Assembly: GCA_963708075.1 (NCBI GenBank)
Contig: OY970194.1
Location: 1,184,001 to 1,248,000 of the forward strand
Reading direction: 5' to 3'
DNA: 64,000 bases
Source: Sedimentisphaerales bacterium
Lineage (GTDB): Bacteria; Planctomycetota; Phycisphaerae; Sedimentisphaerales; Anaerobacaceae
The notes beneath the pieces were generated by a model that was given only the letters and a program-made list of their open reading frames with translations, was not told the DNA's origin and did not search any database. The position numbers and the translations under genes were made by a program. This document shows, piece after piece, positions 53,259-64,000 of this stretch. The first letter of the stretch is position 1; every line of letters begins with the position of its first letter.

Positions 53259-54092
53259 ATGACAACGAGGGTGACTCGAAGAGCCGTACTGATTGCGTTG
53301 GCGACCTTGACTTTGACCGGCTGTGGCCGGCAGGCGCAGGACTCATCCGGGGACTTGGACCTGCTGGCCACGGGGCCGGATCAGGAGGCATTGCCGGCTG
53401 CGCCGCCTCATGTCGCCGCGGCGATAGAGGCTACGGGCGGTCTGGCCACATGGACGCAGTGCAAGAGGCTCACATTCGATGGAGTCGTCACGGCTTATCA
53501 GACGGATGGCAGCTACTACCTGACGAAGCACCGGTTCGACCTGTGCCCATGGGGCAACGCGATCCAGATATCCGCCCAGGAGCCCCAGACCGGGTTTACC
53601 TGTCGCATTGCGGAAGGGCAGTACCACGTGCTGGATGGCGAGGGCAAGATGGATGTCTCGCCTCTCAGTGTCTGCTATCGGGATTACGCCGAGGCCATGC
53701 TCCAGATCACGACGGCGCCTGTGCGCATGCTCCGGGACAAGGCGACCCTCCTGCGTAAGCCCATCCCCGTGATGATCAGCGGCGCATGGTATTACCCGAT
53801 CGAGGCAAAATTCGAGGCCACGCAGATCGTCTCCAAGAGACTGGGGCGCGAAAAGACCACGGTCATCGAGCCCTATTGGACGCAGGGCGTTTACTACCAG
53901 AACCAGAACGGCTCGCTTGTCGACATCATCTGGCTGGGGAATCCGGTTACGCAGAAATTCCTTATCGTTCGCGGCTACAACTATGCCCGGATCGTCAAGG
54001 ATGGCGCGCTGGTCCCCACCAAGATCGAGATCTTCCAGTCCGATGCCGAAGGCATACAGGGGCAGCGCCTGGCCCTGGTTGACCTGAAGTAG
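53259..54092 (+). CDS. Hypothetical lipoprotein
   Basis: TRRAVL and lipobox LTGC; AAIEATGGL..W. Confidence 0.7.
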   Translation: MTTRVTRRAVLIALATLTLTGCGRQAQDSSGDLDLLATGPDQEALPAAPPHVAAAIEATGGLATWTQCKRLTFDGVVTAYQTDGSYYLTKHRFDLCPWGNAIQISAQEPQTGFTCRIAEGQYHVLDGEGKMDVSPLSVCYRDYAEAMLQITTAPVRMLRDKATLLRKPIPVMISGAWYYPIEAKFEATQIVSKRLGREKTTVIEPYWTQGVYYQNQNGSLVDIIWLGNPVTQKFLIVRGYNYARIVKDGALVPTKIEIFQSDAEGIQGQRLALVDLK

Positions 54093-54226
54093 CAGGCTCG
54101 CTCGTCCGACGCGGGACCATTTGTGTCCCGTGGGGTTGTGAACTATCATGTGAGCATCGCCGTACGGTACGTAGCTGTACCACAGTCTCGTTAAGAGTGG
54201 CTTCGAAGGACTGCTGAGTATCGACG

Positions 54227-55462
54227 ATGTCTACGCGCGCTGCAATCTGGGTTGCCTTTGTCACGATTCTTGTCCTCGCCCTGGCGGTTTTCTTCGTCAT
54301 GCGAGGCGGCATCGGGCCCATGGCTTCAGCCCCGAACGGCGATGGCGATGAACAGATGCCGGCGGCCGCACCTGCCCCATCCGGCGGGGCTGACTGGCCG
54401 ATGTTCCATGGCAGCCCAAATCTTCGCGGCGTTGCCTCGGGGACTCTGGCCGACTCCCTGACCCTCCGCTGGAAGTTCAGGACCGATGCCGAGGTCAAGT
54501 CCTCTCCCGTAATATCCAGTGGACGCGTTTTCGTTGGCTCATCCGACAAGAACGTATATGCCCTCGACCTGCAGACTGGCAACAAAATCTGGTCTTACCA
54601 GACCGGCGATTCCATTGAGGCAGCGCCCTGTGTGCTCGACGGACGGGTCTTCGTGGGCTCGGGGGACAATTGGCTTTACGCGCTGGATGCCGGGACCGGC
54701 GAGTTGAAGTGGAAATACGAGACGGAGGGCCAGATCCTCGGAGCGGCCAATTGGACGCGATCTCCGGACGGACAGGGGACGTGGATTCTCGTCGGCAGCT
54801 ATGACAACAAGCTGCATTGTGTGGACGCCTCCAGCGGCAAGCAAGTCTGGGTGTATGAAACCGGCAATTACGTGAACGGTTCGCCCGCGGTGGATGATGG
54901 CAAGTGCGCCTTCGGCGGCTGCGATGCGATCATCCACGTGGTCTCTCTCGCCGATGGCTCGAAGGTCTCCGAGATCGACAGCGGCTCGTATATCGCCGCC
55001 TCCGCCGCATTTCTCGACGGCGAAATCTACGTCGGCAACTACGAGAACGTCTTCCTCAAAGTCGATGTCAAGGCAGGCAAGACCGTCTGGAAATATGATC
55101 AGAGCGACGCCCCATTCTTTTCCTCACCGGCCGTTGGCGACGAGTTCGTTGTCTTCGGCGGCCGGGACAATCACGTACACTGTCTTCGCCGCGACGATGG
55201 CCGGCAGGTCTGGATGTTCAAGACCCTGGGCGAGGTGAACAGCTCGCCGGCGATCTGCGGCGACAAGGTCATCGTCGGCAGCGATGATGGCCGGCTGTAT
55301 CTGCTCCGATTGACGGATGGGAAACAACTCTGGTCCTACGAGATCGGTCAGCCTGTGACCTCCTCACCCGCCGTGGCAGGTGGGCTCGTCGTGGTCGGTT
55401 GCGACGATGGCTACGTCTATGCGTTCGGGCCCAAGCCGGCCGACGGGGGCAAAACGCCATGA
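54227..55462 (+). CDS. Membrane-anchored PQQ-like/BamB-type beta-propeller protein
   Basis: N-terminal TM; WPMFHG; about 8 repeats of SSP....VFVGS.D...YALD..TG...W. Confidence 0.9.
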   Translation: MSTRAAIWVAFVTILVLALAVFFVMRGGIGPMASAPNGDGDEQMPAAAPAPSGGADWPMFHGSPNLRGVASGTLADSLTLRWKFRTDAEVKSSPVISSGRVFVGSSDKNVYALDLQTGNKIWSYQTGDSIEAAPCVLDGRVFVGSGDNWLYALDAGTGELKWKYETEGQILGAANWTRSPDGQGTWILVGSYDNKLHCVDASSGKQVWVYETGNYVNGSPAVDDGKCAFGGCDAIIHVVSLADGSKVSEIDSGSYIAASAAFLDGEIYVGNYENVFLKVDVKAGKTVWKYDQSDAPFFSSPAVGDEFVVFGGRDNHVHCLRRDDGRQVWMFKTLGEVNSSPAICGDKVIVGSDDGRLYLLRLTDGKQLWSYEIGQPVTSSPAVAGGLVVVGCDDGYVYAFGPKPADGGKTP

Positions 55463-56757
55463 GGATCGTCCAGATCACTCCCGGGTCCGGGGACAATTTC
55501 TACTGCGAGAACTGTCTGCGTGACATCGCCCTGGTCAAAGCGCTGCGAAAGCTCGGCCATGACATACTGATGGTGCCCTTGTACCTGCCTTTGCAGGCCG
55601 ACAAAGTCGAGCAGGTCAGCAACGCACCGATCTTCTTCGGCGGCGTCAACGTCTATCTCCAGCAGAAGCTCTCATTGTTTCGCAGAACGCCACGATGGAT
55701 CGACCGATGGTTTGACTCCCGTGGATTGCTCGAATGGGTTGGCCGCAAAGCCGGAATGACGAACGCGCGAGATCTCGGTGAAACGACGATCTCGATGCTG
55801 CAGGGGGAAGACGGCCGGCAGGTGAAGGAACTCGACCGGTTCGTGGACTGGCTCGTGACGGACCGGCAGAAGCCTGATCTCGTGTGCCTGTCCAACGTGC
55901 TGCTCGCCGGCCTGGCCCGGCGGATCAAGGAGAGGCTCGGCACGCCCGTCGTCTGCCTGTTGCAGGATGAAGATGGATTCCTCGACGGCCTGAGCTCGCC
56001 GTACGCGGAGCAGGCGTGGGCGGTCATCCATGAGAGGGTGCACGACATTGACGCGTTCCTGGCCGTCAGCAAGTACTACGCCGGCGCCATGTTGACGCGA
56101 CTGAAAGTGGAGACTGCCCGGATGCACGTGGTCCGCACGGGCGTCGAGCTGGATCTGTACAAGCCGGATGGCGGGAACCCGGTGACGCCGACCGTCGGAT
56201 TTCTGTCTCGGATGTGCCCGGAGCGGGGATTGGAGAGACTGGTCGATGCCTTCATTCTCCTGAAGAAGAACGAGAAATTGGCCTCTGCGAAGCTTCGCGT
56301 TTCCGGTGGCAGGAGCGCCGGCGACGAGCCGTTTATCGAACGGCTGCGAGGCAAGCTGGCGGCGGCAGGTGTTCTCCATGACGTCGAGTTCCTGCAGGCC
56401 TTCGACCGCGATGCGAAGCTGGAGTTTCTGAGGGGTCTTTCCGTGCTGTCGGTGCCCGAGCCGCAGCCCGTTGCGTACGGGCTGTACGTGCTGGAGGCGT
56501 TGGCGATGGGTGTGCCGGTGGTTGAGCCGGCGATCGGTTGCTTCCCGGAAACCCTTGCCTTGACCGGCGGCGGTGTGCTATATGAGCGCAATACGGCGGA
56601 AGAACTCGCCGAGACTCTGACGCCTTTGCTGCTGGACCCGCAGGCGGCCCGACGGCTCGGCGCCCAGGGCCGCACCGGGATGCTCAAGGCCTTCAGCATT
56701 GAACAGACCGCGGCCGAAATGGTCCGCATTTTCGAGCAGGTGGTCCGCAAATCCTGA
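55459..56757 (+). CDS. Glycosyltransferase family 4 with an N-terminal CxxC motif
   Basis: PGSGDNFYCENCLRD; GFLSRM...RGL; YGLYVLEALAMGVPVV.P. Confidence 0.88.
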   Translation: MRIVQITPGSGDNFYCENCLRDIALVKALRKLGHDILMVPLYLPLQADKVEQVSNAPIFFGGVNVYLQQKLSLFRRTPRWIDRWFDSRGLLEWVGRKAGMTNARDLGETTISMLQGEDGRQVKELDRFVDWLVTDRQKPDLVCLSNVLLAGLARRIKERLGTPVVCLLQDEDGFLDGLSSPYAEQAWAVIHERVHDIDAFLAVSKYYAGAMLTRLKVETARMHVVRTGVELDLYKPDGGNPVTPTVGFLSRMCPERGLERLVDAFILLKKNEKLASAKLRVSGGRSAGDEPFIERLRGKLAAAGVLHDVEFLQAFDRDAKLEFLRGLSVLSVPEPQPVAYGLYVLEALAMGVPVVEPAIGCFPETLALTGGGVLYERNTAEELAETLTPLLLDPQAARRLGAQGRTGMLKAFSIEQTAAEMVRIFEQVVRKS

Positions 56758-56764
56758 CGGGGAC

Positions 56765-57457
56765 ATGATGATCGAGCTTATCGATGTGACGAAGAGTTAC
56801 GGCGGGAAGGATGGGCCCGATGCGGTGAGCGTGCTGAAAGGCATCACGCTGCACCTTGGGCGGGGCGAGTCGATTGTGATCGTCGGTCCCTCCGGATGTG
56901 GCAAAAGCACGCTGCTGAACATCATCGGCGGCCTGGACCACCCGACGACCGGCCGCGTCATGTTTGACGGAAGGAACCTCGCGGACCTTGCCGATGACGA
57001 ACTCGCACGGATACGCAGCCGAGAGATCGGATTCGTATTCCAGTTGCATCATCTGCTGCCCCAGTGCACGGTGTTGGAGAATGTCGTCGTGCCCACCCTG
57101 GCCGGGCGAAATGACGCGTCACCGAAAGACCTGCGCGGAAGGGCGGAGGCGTTGCTCGACCGCGTAGGCCTGAAGGATCGCATGTCCTATCGGCCCGGGG
57201 AGCTATCCGGCGGGCAACGCCAGCGGGTCGCCGTGGCGCGGGCCCTCATCAACGGGCCGAAGCTGCTGCTGGCTGACGAGCCGACCGGCTCGCTGGACGA
57301 AGGTACCTCACAGAGCATCGCCGAGTTGCTGGTCGAGTTGAACCGCGATGAGGGAGTGGCGCTGGTCGTGGTGACACACTCACGGGAGCTGGCCGGGCGG
57401 ATTGGGCGCGTCATGGAACTGAGCGGCGGGACGTTGCACGACAGAGGTCGCTCATGA
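56765..57457 (+). CDS. ABC transporter ATP-binding protein (LolD/MacB-like)
   Basis: GPSGCGKST, LSGGQRQR, LADEPTGSLD, VTH. Confidence 0.95.
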   Translation: MMIELIDVTKSYGGKDGPDAVSVLKGITLHLGRGESIVIVGPSGCGKSTLLNIIGGLDHPTTGRVMFDGRNLADLADDELARIRSREIGFVFQLHHLLPQCTVLENVVVPTLAGRNDASPKDLRGRAEALLDRVGLKDRMSYRPGELSGGQRQRVAVARALINGPKLLLADEPTGSLDEGTSQSIAELLVELNRDEGVALVVVTHSRELAGRIGRVMELSGGTLHDRGRS

Positions 57458-60400
57458 GTTTCTGGCGCCTCGTCACTCGCAGTCTGGGTTTCTACTGGCG
57501 GACCAACGCGGCAGTCCTTCTGGCCGTGGCCGTAGCGACGGCGGTGCTGACCGGCGCGCTGGCGATCGGCGATTCGGTGCAGTACACGCTTCACAGGACA
57601 CTTGATGCCCGTTTGGGCCGGATCGAATTTGCCGTCCTGCCCCAGGGCCGTTTCTTTCGGGCCCAGCTTGCCGACGATCTGCAACAGCAACTCGACGGCA
57701 CGATAGCCCCGGTTTTGCAGGTCCCTGGTATCATCACGAACGAGGACGGCTCCCGGCGAATCAACCGCGCTCGCGTACTTGGTGTAAACGAGAGGTTCTA
57801 CGCCGCCGGCCCGGGGCAGAATCCATTTGAGGGAGGTGCGAATGGCAGCGTCATCGTGAGCGAGTCTGTGGCAAAGGAGCTTCGAGTCGCTCCCGGCGAT
57901 GAGATAGTCCTGCGGGTCGAGAAATCGGGCGTCATGCCGCGTGATGTCCCGCTGGTATCTGACGAGGACCGAACGATTGCCGCTCGCTTGAAGGTCCGGG
58001 CTGTGGCGGGCGATTCGGCCTTCGGCCGATTCGATCTCCAGGCGAACCAGGCGGCCCCGCTTAATGTGTTTGTCCCGTTGGTCTGGCTGGGGAAGCAAGT
58101 CGGGCAGGAAGATCGGGTCAATGTGCTGCTTGCGGCCGGACCCGAGTCCGGAATCACGGCGGCGCAGGTGAATGCGGCTGTGCAAAAGACCTGGCAGTTG
58201 ACCGACGCGGGGCTGGAACTTCGCCACTTAGAGCAGCAGAACGTGCTGGAGCTTCGCAGCGGGCGAATCTTCATCGACGAGCCGCTTGCCGCCGCAGCCA
58301 TGAAGGTCGACAGCAGCGCGGCCGGCACACTGACGTATTTCGTCAACAGCATTCGCCTGGGCGACCAGTCAACGCCGTATTCCATGGTGGCGGCGATGGA
58401 TGGTGACACGGGCGCAGCGAGCCTGCTACCGTCAGGTATGCGATCCGACGAGATCGTGGTCAACCAGTGGCTGGCCGACGATCTGAGGGCCAGGATTGGC
58501 GACTCACTGGATCTCGCGTACTACGTCATCGGTTCCGGGCGTCGGCTTGTCGAGGCGCAGCGTTCCTTCAAGATCGTCCGAATTGTTCCTCTCGATGGTC
58601 CGGCAAGGGACCCGAACCTGATGCCGGAATTCCCTGGCCTGGCGGATGTCGACAATTGTCGCGACTGGAAGCCGGGCATTCCGATCAACCTTGACAGCAT
58701 ACGCCCAAAGGATGAGAAGTACTGGGATGACTATCGGGGCACGCCCAAGGCCTTCGTTACACTGGAAGCCGGACAGGCGGCCTGGCACAACCGCTATGGG
58801 AACCTGACCGCCGTACGTTACCGGTGGCGCGAAGGGCTCGCGCAGGAACTCGATCAGCAGCTCAGGAGCACGATCGACCCTGCCGTGGTGGGTCTGCTCT
58901 TTCAGCCGGTGCGGGAGCGAGGCCTGCGGGCAGGCAGCGAGGGGACCGATTTCGGCGAGCTTTTCCTTGGCTTAAGCATGTTCCTGATCACCTCTGCGGT
59001 TATTCTCACGGGACTGCTTTTTGTGTTCGGCGTGGAGGGCCGCAGCTCGCAGGTTGGGATGCTTCTGGCGATTGGCTGGCCCGCGAGACGGATCAAGCGT
59101 CTGCTTCTGGCTGAAGGCGGACTCATCGCATTGCTCGGCACAATCATCGGCGTCGGAGCCGGGTTGCTCTATACGCAGTTGATCGTCTACGGCCTTTCCA
59201 CGTTCTGGAAGGGAGCCGTCGCCGGCGCCAGGATTCAGTTCCACGCGGATGGCATGAGTCTGGTCGCCGGTGGGCTCGGTGGACTGTGTGCCGCCTGGTT
59301 CGCGATCTGGATCACGCTTCGCCGACAGACGGCCCGGCCCATCCGCCAACTGCTGACGGGCAATCTGGAGGAAGGCTTGACAACCCGCAAATCCCGTTCG
59401 CGGGGTAGGATCGGGATTGCTGTGGCTGTCGTGACGTTCATCAGCGCAGCCGTACTCGTAGCGATTGTGGCGGGCGGGGACAGTCAGGCCGTCGCGGGGG
59501 CGTTCTTCGGCGCCGGCGCATTGCTGTTGCTTGGGACCCTGGCTCTGAGTCACGCGGCCTTACGAATCCTCGGGGGCTGGGACAGGCCTCTGGTTTCGCT
59601 GAGAGGGCTCGGCTTCCGCAGTGCGACGCGGCGCAGCGGCGCAGTCTGGCCGTCATCGCACTGCTGGCCTGCGGCGTATTCATGGTCGTGGCGGTCGGGG
59701 CGAATCGCCGCAGTCCGCCGGCGGGGCCTGCGAGCAGGGCGTCCGGTGCAGGCGGCTTTGTCTTGTATGGTGAGTCGTCCGTCGGGATCCTCTACGACCT
59801 GAACGGCGAGGCCGGGCGGAAGGAACTCGGGCTTGACAGCGGCAGGCTGGCCGGTGTCGGGGCAGTCCAATTCCGCGTGCGCGAGGGCGATGATGCAAGC
59901 TGTCTCAACCTGAATCGAGCGCAGCAGCCGCGATTGCTGGGCGTGCAGATAGAGGCATTGAAGGACCGACAGGCATTCACATTCGCAGCCGAAGCGGAGC
60001 AAGGCCGGGGATGGGACCTGCTTCGGCCGGACCCGCGGGGCGAATTCGTGCCGGCCGTGGGGGATGAGCCTACGGTCAAGTGGGCTCTGGGCAAGAAGGT
60101 CGGCGATGAGCTTGAGTACACGGACGAGATGGGCCGGCCGTTCCGCGTGCGAATCGTGGGCATGCTGGAAAGTTCGGTCTTGCAGGGGAGCCTGGTCATC
60201 GCGGAGAATGAGTTTACGGCCCGGTTCCCATCCGTGGACGGCTACCAGGTGTTCCTGATCGACGTCTCGGCCGACAAGACAGATGTCGTGGCGCAAGAGC
60301 TGTCGTCGGGTCTCAGGGATTATGGGTTGGTGCTGACGCCGACGCAAGAGCGGCTGGCCGTCTTTAACGCAGTGGAAAACACGTACCTGTCGATCTTCGC

Positions 60401-60761
60401 GGTGCTCGGCAGCCTGGGACTTGTGCTCGGCAGTATCGGCCTGGGGCTGGTCGTGCTTCGCAACATGCTCGAACGGCGTGGCGAGCTGGCGATGCTTCGG
60501 GCCGTGGGATTCGATAGAGGGCGTCTCAGACGCATGGTATTCTACGAGCATTGGCCTCTGTGCCTGGCTGGCCTGGGCTGTGGAGTGATCGCGGCGATTG
60601 TGGCTGTGATCCCTGCCTTGCAGTCACGGGGCGGACAAGTCCCGTTCGCCGGACTGCTGGTGACGGTTGCCGCCGTAGGTGTCAGCGGGGCCGTATGGGT
60701 GTGGCTCGCGGGAACGCTGGCCCTGCGCGGCAGGTTGCTGGACGCCCTGAGGCATGAATGA
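57454..60761 (+). CDS. Large FtsX/MacB-type ABC permease, 1-nt frameshift near 59640
   Basis: Two FtsX-like TM blocks (R..QVGMLLAIGW; ERRGELAMLRAVGF); adding one base restores RRSGRSLAVIALLACGVFMVVAVGANR. Confidence 0.88.
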
Positions 60762-60774
60762 TTTCGGGTGACGG

Positions 60775-62194
60775 ATGAAGAGATTCTCGATTGCCGATAT
60801 CATACCGATGGTATTCGCCGTCGCTGGCGTTGTCGGGCTGATGTACCTTTGGCTCAGCGCCGATGCGGCCGTGGAGCTTAAGGAGCGATTGCCCGGCGCC
60901 GACAACAAGCCGGCAAATGCGCCGGGGGATAGTGATGCCATCAAGATCGCCGGTACGCTGACGAAGTCGGATGGGGTTCCCGCGGACCTGCCGGGCGCCT
61001 GGCCCAGGCTTCGGGGGCCCAACGGCGACGGCATCAGCCCCGAGAAGGTGGCGTTGAGCAGGCAATGGCCCGAAGGGGGGCCTCGCGTCCTCTGGTCCGT
61101 CGAAGTTGGTGAAGGTTATGCGGGGGCGGCAGTCCTGGGCGGCAAGGTCTACATCCTCGACTATGACCAGGCGAAGCAGGCCGATGCCGTTCGATGCCTC
61201 TCGCTGACGGACGGCAAGGAGATCTGGCGGTACTCGTACCCAGTGAAGATCAAGCGATTTCACGGCATGAGTCGGACCGTGCCGGCGGTGACGGATAAGT
61301 ACGTCGTTACGCTGGGGCCCAAAGGGCACGTGACCTGCCTCGATGCGAACACGGGCGAGTTCCGCTGGATGCTGAATCTCGTCAAGGAATTCGGCACAGT
61401 GATCCCTCAGTGGTATGCGGCGCAGTGCCCGTTGATCGACGGGGGCATGGCAATCATCGCCCCGGCCGGCGATGTCCTCATGATCGCCGTCGAGTGCGCC
61501 ACGGGCGAGATCGCCTGGAAGACTCCGAACCCGGACAAGTGGGTGATGACGCATTCATCGGTCGCGCCCATGGAATTCAAGGGAAAACGCTTTTACGTCT
61601 ATTGCGGCGGATCAACCGATGCCGGCGGAGTCGTCGGCGTCTCAGCGACCGATGGCACGGTCCTGTGGAAGACAGAGGAATGGAAGGTGCGGACGAACGT
61701 GCCGGTGCCGGTCGTGGTCGGAGAGGATCGGATCTTCCTGACCGCCGGCTATGGGCAGTACGACAACGGGTGCGCCATGCTCCGGCTCGTGGAGAACCGA
61801 CGGCAAAATAACCGCCCGGACGGAATTCAGGTATGCGACGGATGTCTTTGGCACGATGCAGCAGACCCCGATTTTTTACAGCGGCTACATCTACGGTGTC
61901 GGCATGGACAAGCAGTTGATCTGCTTGGACTTAGAGGGCAACGTGGTCTGGGGCAGCACGAGTGCGAACCGGTTCGGCTACGGCCCGTACGTGATCGCCG
62001 GCGGGCTCCTCTATGTCCTCGATGATTCGGGCGTGCTGACGCTCGTCGAGCCGGCATCCTCGGGGTACACGCCACTGGCCCGGGCCAAGATCATGGACGG
62101 TCTTGAGACGTGGGGACCGATGGCTGTCGCCTCGGGCCGATTGATCGTACGCGACCTGACGCACATGGTGTGTCTCGACATTGCCGGCCGGTAG
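60775..62194 (+). CDS. Second PQQ-like beta-propeller protein, 1-nt frameshift near 61795
   Basis: WPRLRGPNGDG, GEGYAG, CLDA.TGE..W; continues as TDGKITA...WGPMAVASGRLIVRD in a second frame. Confidence 0.88.
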
Positions 62195-62272
62195 GGCGTT
62201 GATGAAACGGCGTCGATCTGCTATGATGGACTTTCCGTAAATGATTGTCAGATAAGGGCATAGGATAAGGCC

Positions 62273-63313
62273 GTGCAGAGAGGTTTGGGAAAGATAGACA
62301 CCCGGTGGGCCGTCGCGGCGCTTGTTGTTGCGGCGGTTGTGCTCGCGGTGGTTGCAGTCCTGCGGCTCGATACGACGGGCGAAAGGGGCAGCGGCCTGAG
62401 CGGCGAGTACGCCTATGACCTCGCCGAGCTGGCCAAGGTCGATCCCAATCTCATCCTCTACGCCGAGTCCGGCCCGGCGATCAGCACGGGCTTCAAGCAG
62501 TCGCGGGCTATCGCTCTGGACTCAGGCGGTCGGATGTATGTTGCCGGAGACAAGGCAATTCGAGTGTTCGGCAGCACGGGCAATTCCGAGCGGATGATCG
62601 AGCTGTCAGGCGAGCCGCGATGCCTGATGGTCGTGGAGAATGGCAACATCTATGTCGGCTTGGCGGATCACGTCGAAGTCCTCAACGCCGAGGGCAAGAG
62701 CATCGCGTCGTGGGACAGCCTGGGGGATGAAGCCGTCCTGACGAGCATCGCCAGGCACGAGGACAGCGTCTTCGTCGCGGACGCCGGCCATCGGGTCGTG
62801 CTGCATTACGACACCGCCGGCACGCTCGTCGGCCACGTCGGCGAGAAGGACCCCGACAGGGACATCCCGGGCCTCGTGATTCCAAGTCCTCATTTCGACG
62901 TGGCGGTTTCCCGTGATGGCCTGCTCCGCGTCGCCAACCCGGGGCGAAACCGAATCGAGACGTACACGCTCGACGGCAATCTTGAATTCTGGTGGGGCCA
63001 GCGCTCCGTCAAGATCGAGGGTTTCTGTGGCTGCTGCAATCCCGTGAATTTCGCGATCCTGCCCGACGGCGGCTTCGTCACCAGCGAAAAAGGGCTGGTG
63101 CGGGTGAAAATCTACAATAGCGACGGTGGCTTCGTCGGTGTGGTCGCCGGCCCGGCACAACTGACCGACGGCAGTCTGATGAAGATTTGTGAGACTCCCG
63201 AGGAATGCCAGGGGCCCGCGTTCGACGTGGCCGCGGGCGCGGATGGGCGGATCTATGTCCTCGACACGACTGACAACGTGGTCAAGATCTTCAGCAGGAA
63301 AGAAGTGAAATGA
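62273..63313 (+). CDS. Membrane-anchored NHL-like beta-propeller protein with a CGCC motif
   Basis: N-terminal TM; VFVADAG.., PSPHFD, GFCGCCNP, TSEKG. Confidence 0.8.
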   Translation: MQRGLGKIDTRWAVAALVVAAVVLAVVAVLRLDTTGERGSGLSGEYAYDLAELAKVDPNLILYAESGPAISTGFKQSRAIALDSGGRMYVAGDKAIRVFGSTGNSERMIELSGEPRCLMVVENGNIYVGLADHVEVLNAEGKSIASWDSLGDEAVLTSIARHEDSVFVADAGHRVVLHYDTAGTLVGHVGEKDPDRDIPGLVIPSPHFDVAVSRDGLLRVANPGRNRIETYTLDGNLEFWWGQRSVKIEGFCGCCNPVNFAILPDGGFVTSEKGLVRVKIYNSDGGFVGVVAGPAQLTDGSLMKICETPEECQGPAFDVAAGADGRIYVLDTTDNVVKIFSRKEVK

Positions 63314-63549
63314 TGAAAGAGCCTATACATGCTCGCAGGCAGTTCTTTCGCAGCATGCTCCGCAACGTGAGCCTGGCGCTGCTCGGAGTTGCCGGCGGCA
63401 TCGGCGTCACGAAGCGACGCAGGCTTGTGCGGCAGGGCACGTGCGTCAGTGGGGGGGTCTGCTCCGGCTGCGAAGTCTTCGAGGATTGTGGTTTACCCCG
63501 CGCGCTTTCGGCCAAGCTCGCGTCCGCGAGGATTCACGATGGCAGATAA
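63310..63549 (+). CDS. Small twin-arginine-like protein with four Cys
   Basis: RRQFFR, hydrophobic stretch, then CVSGGVCSGCEVFEDC. Confidence 0.7.
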   Translation: MMKEPIHARRQFFRSMLRNVSLALLGVAGGIGVTKRRRLVRQGTCVSGGVCSGCEVFEDCGLPRALSAKLASARIHDGR

Positions 63550-64000
63550 CGGCAACAGCATAAATCGTCGCAAGTTCCTGCGGGAAGGACTCTGGGGCGC
63601 CTGCCTCGGGGGTCTGGGTGCCGCCGCCGGCCTGACCGCCGCCAGGAATAACCGGGACAACATGGTCTGGCAGATCGATCCGAACGTCTGTATCCAGTGC
63701 GGCAATTGTGCCACGTACTGCGTGCTGGAGTTGTCCGCCGTCAAGTGCGTGCAGGCGTACGCCCTGTGTGGCTACTGCGATCTGTGCACGGGGTACCTGG
63801 TCCCGGAGCCCACCGCATTGGACACCAGCGCGGAGAACGCCTTGTGTCCCACGGGGGCGATCAAGCGGACTTACGTCGAGGATCCCTATTACGAGTACAC
63901 GATCGATGAGGTTCTGTGCAACGGCTGCGGCAAGTGCGTCAAGGGCTGCCTGGCCTTCGGCAACGGGTCGCTGTTCCTCCAAGTGCGTCACGACCGCTGT
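63539..64000 (+). CDS. Tat-type multi-[4Fe-4S] ferredoxin, truncated by the window end
   Basis: Manual translation MADNGNSINRRKFLREG...CIQCGNCATYC...CGYCDLC...CPTGAI...CNGCGKCVKGC; absent from the ORF track. Confidence 0.9.
   Translation, partial: MADNGNSINRRKFLREGLWGACLGGLGAAAGLTAARNNRDNMVWQIDPNVCIQCGNCATYCVLELSAVKCVQAYALCGYCDLCTGYLVPEPTALDTSAENALCPTGAIKRTYVEDPYYEYTIDEVLCNGCGKCVKGCLAFGNGSLFLQVRHDRC

Overview
GC-rich bacterial chromosome segment. The 16S signatures and gene content (Tat-exported sulfatases, GH5, PEP-CTERM and dockerin proteins, PFOR) point to an anaerobic Planctomycetota, probably Phycisphaerae/Sedimentisphaerales (inference, not a database result). Contents in order: secreted hydrolases; a lower-GC accessory island (4.7-8.85 kb) with an IS630-interrupted membrane gene, a TM-HEPN protein and a UG/Abi (DRT-like) reverse transcriptase, bracketed by two oppositely oriented mosaic short-repeat arrays; a stand-alone 16S rRNA gene; a kdpFABC operon under a c-di-AMP riboswitch, ending in a KdpD that lacks its kinase core and has no adjacent kdpE; a diverged 93-bp 16S fragment next to an HNH-AP2 gene; trmB; peptidases; sulfatases and glycoside hydrolases; an ECF sigma/anti-sigma pair; a DUF4926-DUF2971-like fusion; pyrR, pyrB, pyrC; nifJ; and a Cys-rich beta-propeller/GT4/ABC/ferredoxin operon that runs off the end. 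At least six single-base frameshifts look like assembly errors. No tRNA, CRISPR array or integrase was seen. All family calls come from motif recognition by eye.
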